64,000 nt of DNA, taken from NCBI RefSeq assembly GCF_011745625.1, contig NW_027191468.1, positions 124,001-188,000 of the forward strand, in the 5' to 3' direction. This stretch comes from Cladosporium halotolerans (lineage: Eukaryota). The notes beneath the pieces were generated by a model. It saw nothing but the letters and a program-made list of their open reading frames with translations. It made no database searches and was not told where the DNA came from. Positions 9,938 to 21,379 of this stretch are shown here, piece after piece. How positions within the stretch are numbered: the stretch's first letter is position 1; each line of letters starts with the position of its first letter. A program made the translations under genes and the position numbers.

Positions 9938-12148
9938 TCAAAATGAAGATGCCATCATGCTGGGATCAAGTAACCAGTCAAGGCCAGGGAAATCGAACTC
10001 CATCGCACCAATGCTTGCATCTACTTCGCCGTCATTGAAAGAGACCAGTGGCGGCGCAGAGCTGTTGCCATGCTCGTCTTCGCCGGCCCATATTGAACGC
10101 AGCGTCCTGATCGTCGAGGCTACATGCGTCCACCAGTGATCGTCGTGCTTCTCGGCATCAGAGAAGTGTTGTGTACTTGTCGCAGCTGGTATTTTTGAGA
10201 TGAAACTGGCGAGACGATCAAGTGTCGGGTATAAGGCAATGATCTCAGCAACGTCAGCCTTCTTCCATCCTGGCTCATCAACAAGCGATATTGCAGACAG
10301 CAACCCTGCGGCATGTCGCATCTGCATGAGTGTGGCGATTGCGATGCCGTTCATTTCTGGGACTGGAATGCTGAAGAAAGCGTCGAACCATTGTCGTGCC
10401 GATCGGACGCAGGCGTACAAGAAACGTGTGCGCTGGAAGGCGGCTTGATGAGGCTTCGTAGGATCGCCACACAGTGCAAGTTCGCAGATGACCATTTCAG
10501 CGGCATGAAACTGGAGCTGGACCGTGGCTAGATCGTAATCAGTAGTATTCAATGCCGTGCTTGTCAGGGGACCAGCTTACCATCTTGCGAAGGTGTATGT
10601 GGCATCGCCGACTTGAACTGGTCAAGTTGGCTAAGCATCTCAAAGGCTATGAGACCCGGTGGGGGATAAAGACTTGGGTTGGATGTAAGATGGGCATCGC
10701 CACTCGCCAAACTCGCGCATCTATCAGCGACGAGCTGCATCTTCACTTGTGCAACAAGGAGTTCGTCAAGCGGGCTCTCAAGTTGCCTTTCGATCGTCGT
10801 CAAGCATTCCTGCATGTGGGCCGTCCAGCGCAATGAATCTGCTCGCTTCAGGGTAGACGAAAGCCTGCACAAAGTCAGCATTACTATGTCAGGCAAACAG
10901 TACAACACCCGGCCGAGATCATCAATCCACGAAGCCACAGCTCAGGCTTCTTGATCACATCTCCACATCTAATGAAAAGGCAACTCACACGAAGCTCAAT
11001 AACCAAGTCCCGAGAACTGCTCGTCGCTCTTCCATGGTATGCGCTGGTCGAGGAGGAGGCCTCAGATGAGGCGGAGGAATGCAAGCAAGTTGTGCAGGTT
11101 CGCTGGCCACCGGCTTGTTCAGGCCCAGGTCGAACACTTGCGCGACCGCAAGCTGCGTGAAAAGGGTGATCGTTGATTTCATCATTCTTGGATGCTTGCC
11201 TTGAAAGTGCGCCCTTGCAATGGAGTCAGCCTGAGATCAGCGGCATCCTTTTCAACGACTCCAGCCTCCTGTTTAGTTTTGTCCATGGGTTTGTATTGGT
11301 AGCTATGTGAGACCGAGTCACAGGCGAGGCAAGTGCTTGCTTACAAGGCTTGCGTGGAGAACTTGGCTTCGCTTAGCTGGCTTACCATTCGATGTAGCAG
11401 AGGAGCCCAAGAAGTAAGTCAATCGAGAATCCATTCTTCGCAGTAGTTTCGATAGATAGCGTCTCCTGAACACAGGAGAGCCGCCCACGCTGTTTCGACG
11501 TCTGCTTCGACGTCACAGCCATAACGCATTGCCACAACAATGGTCTTTGGCTTCGCAACTCTTGTGCAGTCGCCGGGAAGCTCAAGAAAGGAAAGAATTT
11601 CCAGTTGCATTGCTTGAACCTTGCAAGGCTTTCCTCGGCCTCGTCGGGGTGGATATCATTGCACTGGAAAGACCCACGTCAATCAATGCATCCGAGTGCG
11701 GAAGTATATTGACAGCAAGACCAACCAATTTTGAGGGAGAGGAGGCTCTACAATCACTCGCGGATGGCCCTGCATCTTGCTCGGGGGCCTTAAGATAGGC
11801 AACTAATTGATCGAGCTTTCGCTCGACTCGGGTGATGTCTTCCGATTTATTCTTTTCAACTCGAGATGGACGAACACCCTCTGACCTGAGTCGCCTCTTG
11901 CTTGTGGAGGGTTGGCAGGGTTTGTCCAAACGATTGCAGCTGCAAGATCAGCGTTCGTCATTTCCACCTCGTCATTGTTGTGATCATCCAACGGCGCGGG
12001 CGGAATTCATGGGGTCGGGACGGGATTGGGCGATGACTTACCGTTCGCAGCAGCCTGGACGGCCTTGCACCCTCATAGGAACGCATTTGATCTTTGCAAG
12101 AGCACAAGCTTGACATGCAAGGCCATATGGGGCCGACGACTCCTGCAT
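9938..12148 (-). CDS. Zn(II)2Cys6 transcription factor, 6 exons (12148-12042, 11939-11726, 11663-11386, 11213-10989, 10864-10581, 10527-9938)
   Basis: The spliced N-terminus ACQACALAKIKC...CERCNRLDKPC forms the Cys6 cluster; FFPF...LRSQRPLLWQCVMAV, DLGLNKP and EERRAVLG motifs follow. All five GT-AG introns keep frame. Confidence 0.85.
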
Positions 12149-12776
12149 CTCATCGTCTGTTTCCAGCCTCCGGGCTGGAGTTTTCGCGAATGCGACCGTC
12201 AGGAGACGCCGTTAAAGCGTGATCGGACGAAGTTCAAACAATAGGCGCCGAGATGTCGGATCGGCGTTGCGAATCCCGCCCCGGGGCGCAATTGCTCGGG
12301 CCACTCCGATTGGAATGCCCACACCCACGACTCCCCCTTGTTCTCCTGCCACCGTGCGATTCGTCGAACGATGCGTGCATACCGATGCATCTACCACATT
12401 CATGTCCGCTGAGTCACCACTCTTCAATCCTTCAACACTTGATATCTCCGAACACGCCCGTATTCAATCAACATCAACGCGGTGGGCTCAACTGACGGAC
12501 GGGATTCACAATCTCGCCCCGATGCCTCCGAACAATCATCCTGCGAACATGCATGTGAGGCCTTCGCACAGCTTGCAGAGATGGGTGCTACACCAACGAC
12601 GGAACCGAGTCGGAGTCAACGATTAACTCCGCTTCGGATGTAAACATGAGCCATGCTTGTTCCTGCCCTGCTGTTCATATAGTTCGTGCTTTGCGCGTCT
12701 GAGACATCCCTTGTTGACTAGCACGCGACCGTTTCTAAAGTCGACTCCTGTTAATTGTTTCGACGACACAGCCGCA

Positions 12777-14653
12777 ATGGCCTCCTCGCATCCCTCTGCC
12801 CCGCCTGATGAGAATGCCATCCAACCTGCGGACAACGTGAACTCTTGCACGACCACCAGCAAGGTCGCCGAATCCGAAGTCCAGCCCACAATGTCCGACG
12901 TTATGGAGGAGAAGAAACACGACGATGAAGATCGTTGGATCTCGGGGATGCAACTATGGCTTCTGATGATGCCGCTTTGCTTCACGTTCTTCCTCGTTCT
13001 CTTAGATATCTCAATCATCGCGACTGTGAGTATACTAGGGTGTCTCTCGAGGACGACTCAATACTGACCTGCCCCGCAGGCTATCCCTCAGATTACCAAC
13101 GATTTCCGATCTCTACCTGACGTGGGCTGGTACGGCGCCTCATATCAACTCGCAAGCGCTGCGCTCCAACCTCTGACCGGCAAGTTCTACGTCAACTTCA
13201 AGAACAAATGGACCTACATCACCTTCTTCGGCCTCTTCGAATTGGGGTCCCTGATTTGTGGCGTCGCATCTTCGTCGGAAATGCTCATTGTTGGACGCGC
13301 CATTCAGGGCATGGGAACCGCGGGCCTGCAAAACGGTGCTTTCACCATCATCGCTGCCGCGGTTCCGCTTTCACAGCGGCCGGCGTTGGTCGGGCTATGT
13401 CAAGGTGTCGCACAACTGGGCGGAGTCATTGGACCTTTGGTCGGAGGTGCTTTGACACAGTACACAACGTGAGTTGCCCGCGCTTATAATGAGATTCGCC
13501 TGTGTCCTTATTTGCTAACACGAGCCGCAGATGGCGCTGGTGCTTTTACATCAACCTGCCACCAGGTGCTGTCGTCGCCGCTATCCTTTTCATGACCGAG
13601 GTCCCCGACGGCGAGGTAGTCAAGCCTCCGGCTAGGGAAGTCGTCAAAGATCTCCACAACAAACTTGATCTTCTTGGATTTGTTCTTTTCGCTCCCAGCG
13701 TTATTATGCTGCTGATGGCTGTCCAATGGGGCGGTAACGAGTGAGTCGTCTCGTACTACCTTGACGAAAACAGCTCTAACATAATCACCAGATACGCCTG
13801 GGACAGCTCCACGGTCATCGGCCTCTTCTGCGGCTTCGCCGGAAACTTCCTCGTCTGGGCAATCTGGAACTACCGCAAAGGCGACAAAGCCCTCATCCCC
13901 TTCTCCATGGTCGCCAACCTCACCGTCTGGACCTCCTTCCTCTTCCTCGGCTTCCTCATGGGCAGCATGTTCGTCGCCGTCTACTACCTCCCCATCTACT
14001 TCCAAGCCGTCGACGGCGTCACCCCCACCATGAGCGGCGTCTACATGCTCCCCAGCATCCTCACGCAACTCTTCTCCGCCGTCATCGCCGGCCGCCTCGT
14101 CGTCAAAGTCGGCCGCTACCTGCCCTTCGCCCTCGGCAGCGCCGTGCTCATGTCCATCGGCTACGGCCTGTGCTCCACGCTCGGCACAGACTCCACCACG
14201 GGCGAGTGGGTCGGCTACCAGATCCTGTTCGGCATCGGGCGCGGCATGGGCTTCCAGATGCCCATCGTCGCCGTGCAGCACACGCTGCCCGCCGCGCAGG
14301 CCCCGCTCGCCATCTCCCTCATCATGTTCTCCGGCATGCTGTTCGGCGCGCTGCTGCTCAGCTTCGCGTCGACCATCTTCACGCAGTCGCTGCGCCAGCT
14401 GATCCCCGTGCACGGCAACGGCGTGAGCGCCGAGTCCGTCATCGCCGCGGGCGCGACGGGCTTCAGGAAGATCCTCTCGCCGAGCCAGCTGGGGCCGGTG
14501 CTGATTGCGTACGCGAAGAGTGTGGATCGGGTGTTTTACCTGATTACTGCTCTCACGGCCGTGTCGTTCTTCCTGACGTTCGGGCTCGGGTGGCAGGACA
14601 TCAGAGAGAAAAAGATGCCTGAGAAGGAAGTTGATGGTGCTGAGAAGGCGTAG
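12777..14653 (+). CDS. MFS drug:H+ antiporter (DHA2/14-TMS, AflT/GliA-like; exons 12777-13025, 13080-13468, 13531-13740, 13792-14653)
   Basis: [51 protein letters not shown] and [10 protein letters not shown] motifs; three canonical introns. Confidence 0.9.
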
Positions 14654-15317
14654 TCGGATGCCTTATGACGAAGCCGGCACGCGAAGTGAGTTGCTGGACA
14701 ACTAGCGATGGCGGCAGGCTGGGTGAAATCAGAGGAACGGCAAGCGCGCTCTCACCTCTATGTACAGATAAGAAAGGTTTCGACGGCACCGACCGGACAG
14801 GTGCTCATCGGCGAATGAGCGTAATGTGGCACGAGCATACACTAGGGTCGGATTAGAGCGTTGCATTTCGTATGTTAAACAATTTTTCCAAACGCGATCG
14901 TCTCGGCATCACACAGCAGCAGCGCCTGCGGCTGACATGTTCGTGAATGCCTCCCAATTGTGCGCAAGCATCTCAGCGGCAGCGCCTCGTCGCTGACACG
15001 TCGAAGTGTATGATACTAGCATGCAAATTGCATCTGCACACGAAGAGGATTTGTCGGTGCGGTGAGAGAAGTAGTCTTCTGATCTCGATCCCGTGCAGTT
15101 GAGACGAAAACAAGACTGCAGATTGAAGCTTCCTTGCGAAACTGTGAATAGATGGCACCGTCCCTTCAGACACATCCTCGAGTTCATTTGCAGATCCACG
15201 CTGATGTTGCCAGGCCCTGCGAACGGCCCCCTCGCCTTCACGACAGCGCCGTTGCATTTTTCCCTGCAACCGACAAATTCCACCTCAACGACAAGACTCG
15301 GGCAGATTGACAGACTA

Positions 15318-17000
15318 TCACCCCTCCCTAACCCTCAACCGACAAGGCATTCCCCCCCTCGGCTTCGTCGTCCCCCTCTGCACCTGCCACGCCTCCTCGC
15401 CAAACTGCGTCCTCCCCGCATCCCCCCTCGCCTCCCGCCTCCCATACCCGTCGCCCTCCAACTTCCCCAGCTCCGCATACGCCGGCTCGAACTCCCAGCC
15501 CCTCGCCGTCAGCGCGAGGATAACCCGCGCCTCGACCATCGCCAGCTCCTGCCCGATGCAATTGCGCGGGCCCTTGCTGAACGGCGCGAAAGCCGGGTTG
15601 CCCGCCTCGCAGTCCGGGTTCGTCGGCAGGAAGCGCTCCGGGGAGAACAGCGAGGGGTCGGACTTCCAGTTTGCGGGGCTGCGGTGCAGGCCGACGTCGA
15701 CGGGCCAGAGCATGAGGTCTGCGGTGCGGATGGGGGCGCCGGTGGCGGGGTCGTGCAGGGCGAAGGAGGGGGAGCCGATGCGCACTGTGCTGGCGGGGGG
15801 TTGCAGGCGGAGGCACTCTTTGATGACGGCGGTGGTGTAGTCGAGTTTGCTGAGGAGGTGGGGGGTGGCTTTCAGTTGGGCGGGCGCGGTGGTGGGGTCG
15901 GGGCCGAAGACGGCGTCGTGCTCGGCGCGCAGGCGGGCGAGGGCGGAGGGGTGCTTGGAGAGGTAGTAGTAGGCGTAGGAGACTGTGCCGCTGGTGGTGT
16001 CGTGGCCGGCGAAGAGGAAGGTTTTGATGTTGGAGATGGCGGCGGTGCGGAAGGTTGGGTCGAGCGTGGTGACTTTGTCGGGTGGGGTGCCTTCTGTCGC
16101 GGCTTTTTCTTTGAGGTAGGATTCGAGGGCGAGGTCGATTACGTATTTTTGGCGCTTGCCGGTGTTTGCTTCGTCGCGGGAGCTGCGGGTTGAGAAGCGC
16201 TCGTCGAGGAGGCCGCCGATATAGCGGTCCATTGTCCATGTGTTCCAGGCTTGCACGATGTCTATGCGGAAGTCGATGAGCTCCATGGGATTGAATTGCG
16301 CGCCGATGCGTTGCCATTTGGTTTGTGAGAGGAAGGCGTCTACAAGTGCGTTCGGTTTCCGTTGCGAGTTGAGATCGTGGTCTAAGACGACCTTGCCGAT
16401 GATGTCGACGGTGAGGTTCATCGTGGCGGACTCCATTCGGAAGAGCGAGTTGTCTTTGGCGCGCTCCATCATTAGGTTGGAGAAAATGACGGCGTGGTCC
16501 ACGATGCTTGGAACGAGAGTCATGAGGTACGCAGCGCTAAAACCTGGGTTGAAGGCTGACCGCCATTTTTTCCATTCCGGTCCTTCAGACGAGACGAGGT
16601 TGCCCTTACCGCCAAAGTTGTGCATGAACTCGTGAATCACAGGGTGCTTGGGCATGGATTGCTTGACAGTGAACTCATTCATCATCTCAGGCGAGAAAGT
16701 CACGAGGAATGCCGGGCCAAAAGGCCAAGGGTCGCACACGAACCAATCACCCAGGTTGAAATGGTTTTTAATGAGAAGTGGGAAGGTTTGCGGAGCGGCA
16801 CTTGCAGGTTGCTTCGATATGACCTCGCCCATTGAGATCAGAGAGCCGAACAGGTAGGAATGGGGCGGACCTGGGAGACCTCTGACGAGACCTCTACGGT
16901 AGTGCAGCTGCTGCCAGAATCGCAGCACGGCAGTGACAATGATGATGCCAGCAGCCCATGCCAGGCGAGGGCCTGTGAGGAGGTCGAAAGTGGGAGACAT
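15318..17000 (-). CDS. Cytochrome P450 monooxygenase (resembles StcS/AflN-type), intronless
   Basis: N-terminal membrane anchor, AGHDTT I-helix, KECLR (ExxR), PERF, and heme motif FSKGPRNCIG. Subfamily is an impression only. Confidence 0.93.
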   Translation of the reverse strand: MSPTFDLLTGPRLAWAAGIIIVTAVLRFWQQLHYRRGLVRGLPGPPHSYLFGSLISMGEVISKQPASAAPQTFPLLIKNHFNLGDWFVCDPWPFGPAFLVTFSPEMMNEFTVKQSMPKHPVIHEFMHNFGGKGNLVSSEGPEWKKWRSAFNPGFSAAYLMTLVPSIVDHAVIFSNLMMERAKDNSLFRMESATMNLTVDIIGKVVLDHDLNSQRKPNALVDAFLSQTKWQRIGAQFNPMELIDFRIDIVQAWNTWTMDRYIGGLLDERFSTRSSRDEANTGKRQKYVIDLALESYLKEKAATEGTPPDKVTTLDPTFRTAAISNIKTFLFAGHDTTSGTVSYAYYYLSKHPSALARLRAEHDAVFGPDPTTAPAQLKATPHLLSKLDYTTAVIKECLRLQPPASTVRIGSPSFALHDPATGAPIRTADLMLWPVDVGLHRSPANWKSDPSLFSPERFLPTNPDCEAGNPAFAPFSKGPRNCIGQELAMVEARVILALTARGWEFEPAYAELGKLEGDGYGRREARGDAGRTQFGEEAWQVQRGTTKPRGGMPCRLRVREG

Positions 17001-18123
17001 GTTCGCAACGGGATGTCTCCCAGCGGGGAGTATGAGAGGGGAGGGAGCGGGGGGAAGTTGATACTATGGACAAGGAAAGCGTGCTCGCCGGGATGGTGAT
17101 ATAGAATGATCTTTAGGACGGAAGTTGATCCATCCGGGGTGAGCTCCACACGCAAGGCTTGGTTAACCCATGGACGCTCGCGTAGAACATGAAGCAGTCC
17201 TGGACGCGGGGTTGTCTACCTTAGTGCAATGGATGCTGGTATAGATTGGAGCAGGCTATGGACGCCACCATGTTACATTGGCTATCCCAGGCGTGAGCGA
17301 TTGCAGGCTCGTGATAGTGGGTCGTGTTGGTGGCTGAAGAGCAGAGCAAGAATGTCGTGAATTTGATTGATGACGTTGTGGACACCAGCCTGCGGCGGCG
17401 TTTGCTCTTGCTGCAGTTGCTGAAGAGGGCGGCAGACACGTGAACACCTGCCGATAATGCTGCTGCTTGCCCTGCCGAACAAGCACTGCGACATGCACCC
17501 CCAGCATCTGCCGGAATACGACAAACGAGGGCGGCTCAAGCGAGGCAGAGCAAACGACAGGCACCAAGGCATGTCAAAGTCGCTGCAGTCTCCCCCGGCG
17601 TAAGCGAGCAATGGACGCGTCTGGGCGGCGGGTTGCCGATCAGGCCCGCGGCGCCAATCAGCAGGCCCAGCGCCAGCCCTCCGCCATCGCCAGCCAGGCC
17701 GGCGCTCTGGGGCATGACGACGAGCTGCTGCTGCTGCGCTCCGCCGACGCCTGGCGCACCGTTGGCGACGACACGCCCAGGAACCGCAACTCTACCCACA
17801 ACCACACCACAACAACATCCTCGCCGCTACCCCCTGCTGTCTTACAGCCGCCACCTCTCTCACCTCCACCCTCCACCGCGCCCGTTCACCCAACCCTAGC
17901 CCAACCCGAGCTTGACGCAGCAAGCTCCGATCCAGATTCCGACTTCGAGCTGGTCGATCCAGTCCCACCTTCATCCGTCGACGGGCCTGCTGAGGGCGCC
18001 TCCAGGAAATACGCATATATACCAACAGCGCTGCGAGGGCAATCGCGCAAGATCAGAAGACCATCACACCCGCTTTCAGACGACAGCGAGGACTGGAACG
18101 CCGCACGAGGCGCCCGCAACACC

Positions 18124-19505
18124 ATGGAGCCTGCCAACAACTACGACGACCCGGAGTGGCAGCAGGCGGGGCCAAACGCTGATGCTCAGGATCTGTCGGG
18201 ACCAGGCGAGCACGGCAAGCTTGAATGCACGGTCACCAAGCCGCAGAAGGAGGGCGAGGGCACACAGAACGTCTACACATCGTACCTTGTAACGACAGAT
18301 GTATGTATGTTCCGACGCAATAATTACCACAGCCACTGACCTGCCAGACCGACTTCAAATCCTTCCAATCCTCCCACCAAACCGCCCGCCGCCGATTCAC
18401 CGACTTCGTCTTCCTCTACAAGACCCTCGTCAAAGAATACCCCCAATGCGCCGTCCCACCCTTACCAGACAAGCACAACATGTCCTACGTCCGCGGCGAC
18501 CGCTTCAGCCCCGACTTCACCGCCCGCCGCGCACACTCCCTCAGCCGCTTCCTCAAGCGCCTGACGCTCCACCCCGTCCTCCGTCGCTCGACGATCCTCA
18601 CCCTCTTCCTCGAAAGCAACGACTGGAACGCGACAATGCGCAGCCGACCGACCCGCGGCCTCAGCAGCAGCGACGGCGCGTCCGGCGGCGTGCTCGAAAC
18701 CTGGACCGACTCCTTCCTCAACGCTTTCACAAAACCCCACAAAGCCGACCGCCGCTTCACGGAAGTCGAGGAGCGCGCGAAGAAGCTCGACGACGACCTC
18801 GGCACCGTGTCCAAGACCGTCGCGCGCGTCGCCAAGCGCGAGTCGGACCTCGAAACCGACTACGCGGATCTGGCCCAGCAGTTCCAGAAGCTGTCCGCGC
18901 TCGAGCCCGGCGTCACCTCCGAGCTGACCAAGTTCGCCGCCAGCCTGCAGGACAGCAGCGAGGCCTGGAAGGCCCTGCGCGACCACACGGACCAGAGCTA
19001 CCTGGGCTCGCTGAAGGACATGGAGGCCTACGGGCTCAGCGTCAAGTCGCTGCTCAAGACGCGCGAGCAGAAGCAGCTCGACTTCGAGGCCCTGACGGAC
19101 TACCTTGCCAAAGCGGCCGCCGAGCGCGACGCCCTGGCCTCGCACGGCGGCAGCATGGGCGCTTCGGGCTTCCTGCGGCAGAAGATCGAGGACGTGCGCG
19201 GCGTCGACCACGAGCAGGCGCGGCGCGAGCGGCAGCGCAGGCTCGAGGTGCAGATCCAGCGGCTGCAGACGGAGGTCGAGGCGGCGAAGAAGACGAGCGA
19301 GGCGTTTGATGAAGAGGTCGTGAAGGAGGTGGGGGATTTCGAGAGGATCAAGGCGGTCGAGTTTAGGGATGCGCTGGAGGGGCTGGCGGATGCGAATGTC
19401 GAGTTCTTCCGCGGGAATGTGGAGGTTTGGGAGAGGTTTGTGAGGGAGATGGAGGGGTTGGAGAGGGAGAGGAAGGGCGCGGCGGGGGCGCAGGTTGCGG
19501 CTTAG
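18124..19505 (+). CDS. SNX4: Sorting nexin-4 / Atg24 (PX-BAR; exons 18124-18300, 18348-19505; start may be upstream at 17611)
   Basis: YTSYLVTT|TDF...RRRFTDFVFLY...PPLPDKHNMSYVRGDRFSPDFT is a PX domain; the BAR region contains REQKQLDFEALTDYL and DVRGVDHEQARRER. Confidence 0.92.
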
Positions 19506-20038
19506 TGGTGGGAGGGTGGCTGCGGAGTCGAGATGGAATAGAAGTGGATTAATTTGTAACGAACCATGAAGAATCGATACGCTTAGATAGAGGACCTGAA
19601 CCGTCACAAAGCTGCCTTTTTTCTGAAAGTGTGTGAAGGCTCGCGGATGCGTTTCCCAATGAGTCTGTCTGTACACCTGCGATTATTTTGATGGCTTGGA
19701 GGGAGTCGATCACTTGGCCATCAATCCAAGCGAAACTTCCAGTCCTGTGATTCCGGCAATCCGTGCTCTTAAAGGTCGTTCCAAAAGACGACAATAAACA
19801 TGTCTTTCCCACGACTATGCCATCTTGATAGTCCAAACTTCAACAATCCACCACACCTCTCGGCCCCAAGCCTCAAACAAACGAAATCCGGACCCGTTGT
19901 ACTCCACATCGACATCCACATCGACATCCACCCCTCCAACATCACCCCTCCAACAACGCCACTCCCCAAAACAAAACTCCCGACGCCCGGTAAACCGATC
20001 ACCAACCCCTCCTGCCTTTCTATTCCACGCCAGCAAAA

Positions 20039-20644
20039 ATGGCCACCCAAGAACCCCCCTCCACAAAAGAGCAACCCTGGCACGCCGCCTTCCCCGCGCC
20101 CCGCCTCACCGCGCCCCTCATGCCCGCCTCGCGCGCGCAAATGGTGCTGTCAATGAAAATCGCCTCGCTGCTCATCGTCGACGTGCGCCGCACCGACTAC
20201 GACGGCGGCGCCATCCGCGGCAGCCTGAACGTCCCCGCGCAAGGGCTGTGGTGGAATCGCGGGATCCTGTGCGTAAACCCATCCTGTCCCACTTCGTTTC
20301 CTCTGGTGCTAATTGGGCCTTTTTTTTTTTCAAGGTATGAACTCGCGTACAAAGCGGACATGGAGTGGGTTGTTTTCACGTGCGCGAGCTCGTCCGAGGG
20401 CGGGCGGGCGCGGCGGTGCGCGGCGTGGTTTCTGGAGCATGTGCGGGAGGTTGCGGGCGATGAGGACATGCAGGTTATGGTGCTGGAGGGGGGTGTGAAG
20501 GGGTGGGTGAGGGGTGGGGAGAGGTTCACGGGGTTGATGGATGGGTTTCGGGAGGAGTATTGGAAGGAATTGTTTGAGGGGGAGGAGGAGAAGAAGAAGA
20601 AGGAAGGGGAGGGGGAGGGTGCGGCGGTGGTGGCGGCGGCGTGA
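20039..20644 (+). CDS. Rhodanese/Cdc25-like small phosphatase or arsenate reductase (Ych1/Ibp1/Acr2 family; exons 20039-20268, 20335-20644)
   Basis: PWHAAFPAP, VDVRRTDYDGGAIRGSLNVPAQ, VVFTC..R..AAWF and VLEGGVKGW motifs; 66-nt GTGCGT..CTAAT..AAG intron. Confidence 0.82.
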   Translation: MATQEPPSTKEQPWHAAFPAPRLTAPLMPASRAQMVLSMKIASLLIVDVRRTDYDGGAIRGSLNVPAQGLWWNRGILCVNPSCPTSFPLVLIGPFFFSRYELAYKADMEWVVFTCASSSEGGRARRCAAWFLEHVREVAGDEDMQVMVLEGGVKGWVRGGERFTGLMDGFREEYWKELFEGEEEKKKKEGEGEGAAVVAAA

Positions 20645-21379
20645 GGGGTGAGGGGATCGGTGAGTTGGGGGGATGGTTGTTTTGGTAGTGACCAACGAGC
20701 GGCTGCTAGCTAGCCTACATTGAATCACTCCCTGCTGTGGAAAAAGAGGCGGTATATCGCCTTGGAAGATGAAAGCCAATCGATTAAAAGAAAAGAAAAA
20801 AGATACATCGATCCAACCAGTCACGCCCCGTACGCCATTCCGTTCCAGAGCGCTCAACTGCTGGTAATTACGCCCGCTCGCTGATACGGCTTGCTTTGAC
20901 TGTACATTGGCCCTAGGTTTTCCCCTTTTCCGTTTGTGGAATTTCCCTTCACGTCCGCAGTCCGTCCGATCCAACCCTATTCGAGCGAGAATAATACAGA
21001 ATGTTTAGACTAGGATTGCAGCCTTGGTTGAGCAAGTTCGTCCAGTTCCGGTCCAGAGGTAGTCGAATGGCGGAATAGACTGGACGGTGAGTGCATAAAA
21101 GTTACAAGCCACCGCTTCTCTGTGACCTCGGATGCTGAGGACGAGAGGAGCTGGAAACGCTGTTGAGAGACAACATGCTGGCTTCTTGATCAGCACCTGA
21201 CCGATTGAGAGCGTCCACCAAACGGTTCAGGCACCGAAGTCATCCATACGGCGAGACCTCCGATTGCAAAACCAGGCAGCCCCAGGCTAAACATAAACCA
21301 AGCAATGAATACATCGAAAGAAAAAGGAGTTGTGCCCGCAGATGATTCGCAGACAGGGAGGCAACCAGGTCAGGAGACC

